A DNA stretch of 64,000 nucleotides from Macrostomum hystrix. Taxonomy: Eukaryota > Animalia > Platyhelminthes. The stretch lies in contig CATNEN010000011.1 in the NCBI GenBank assembly GCA_950097015.1, forward strand, positions 5,084,001 through 5,148,000, given 5' to 3'. The notes beneath the pieces are model-generated. The model did no database searches. It was not told the origin of the DNA and saw only the letters and a list, made by a program, of their open reading frames with translations. The position numbers were made by a program, and so were the translations under genes. Within the stretch, counting starts at the first letter, position 1. Each line of letters begins with the position of its first letter. Shown piece by piece: positions 63,430 through 64,000 of the stretch.

Positions 63430-64000
63430 CACCTCACTTCCTTTCCTTCCCGTTACCCTCCGTTTCTCTCGTCCTATTTCCATTTTCTCTCTTCGGCTTC
63501 CGATTTTCCTTTTTATGTTCCCCTTTCCATACTAATATTTTTCCCCTTTCCATTTTCCTCTTTTTATTCCACTTCCCATTTCCTATCTTTCTTCCCCTTT
63601 CCATTTCCTCTCTTTCTTCCCCTTCCCATTTCCTCTCTTTATTCCCCTTCCCATTTTCCAATTTACATTCCCCTTTCCATTTCCTCTCTTTCTTCCCCTT
63701 CCCATTTCTTCTCTTTCTTCCCCTTCCCATTTTCCACTTTATATTCCCCTTTCCATTTCCTGTCTTTCTTCCCCTTCCCGTTTTCCTAACTTTCTTTCCC
63801 TTCCCATTTCCTCTCTTTTTTTCCCCTTCCCATTTCTTCTTTTTCTTCACCTTCCTATTTTCCACTTTATATTCCCCTTTTCATTTCCTGTTTTTCTTCC
63901 CCTTCCCATTTTCCTAACTTTCTTTCCCTTTCCATTTCCTCTCTTTCTTCCCCTTTCCATTTCCTCTCTTTCTTCCCCTTCCCATTTCTTCTCTTTCTTC
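63430..64000. repeat. CT-rich polypyrimidine ~25-bp repeat running off the window end
   Basis: TTTCTTCCCCTTCCCATTTCCTCTC-type units. Confidence 0.92.

Overview
Eukaryotic (animal) genomic DNA with GC-rich exons in AT-rich GT-AG introns, many minisatellites and decayed transposons. The overall style suggests a free-living flatworm such as Macrostomum, but that is an impression I cannot verify. Spliced by hand: a FAIM-like last exon, a GPANK1-like G-patch exon, a cyclophilin, a regucalcin/SMP-30 gene with a duplicated first exon, an AGPAT1/2-type acyltransferase, FAM102/EEIG, NEK6/7, a DAZAP1/hrp48-like RRM protein, a C-type lectin-mucin membrane protein, an Ig-domain exon, a candidate 70-aa secreted peptide and one split orphan ORF. 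Mobile DNA: an internally deleted Helitron with both termini intact, a fragmented Penelope-like element (RT, GIY-YIG, decayed hammerhead) and two MITEs with 8-bp TSDs. The most unusual signal is a ~150-240 nt non-coding element in three diverged intergenic copies (~2.5, 16.7 and 50.2 kb). The copies share short motifs and keep base-pairing despite sequence change, so this is a candidate unclassified structured RNA. No rRNA, intact tRNA or CRISPR array was seen.
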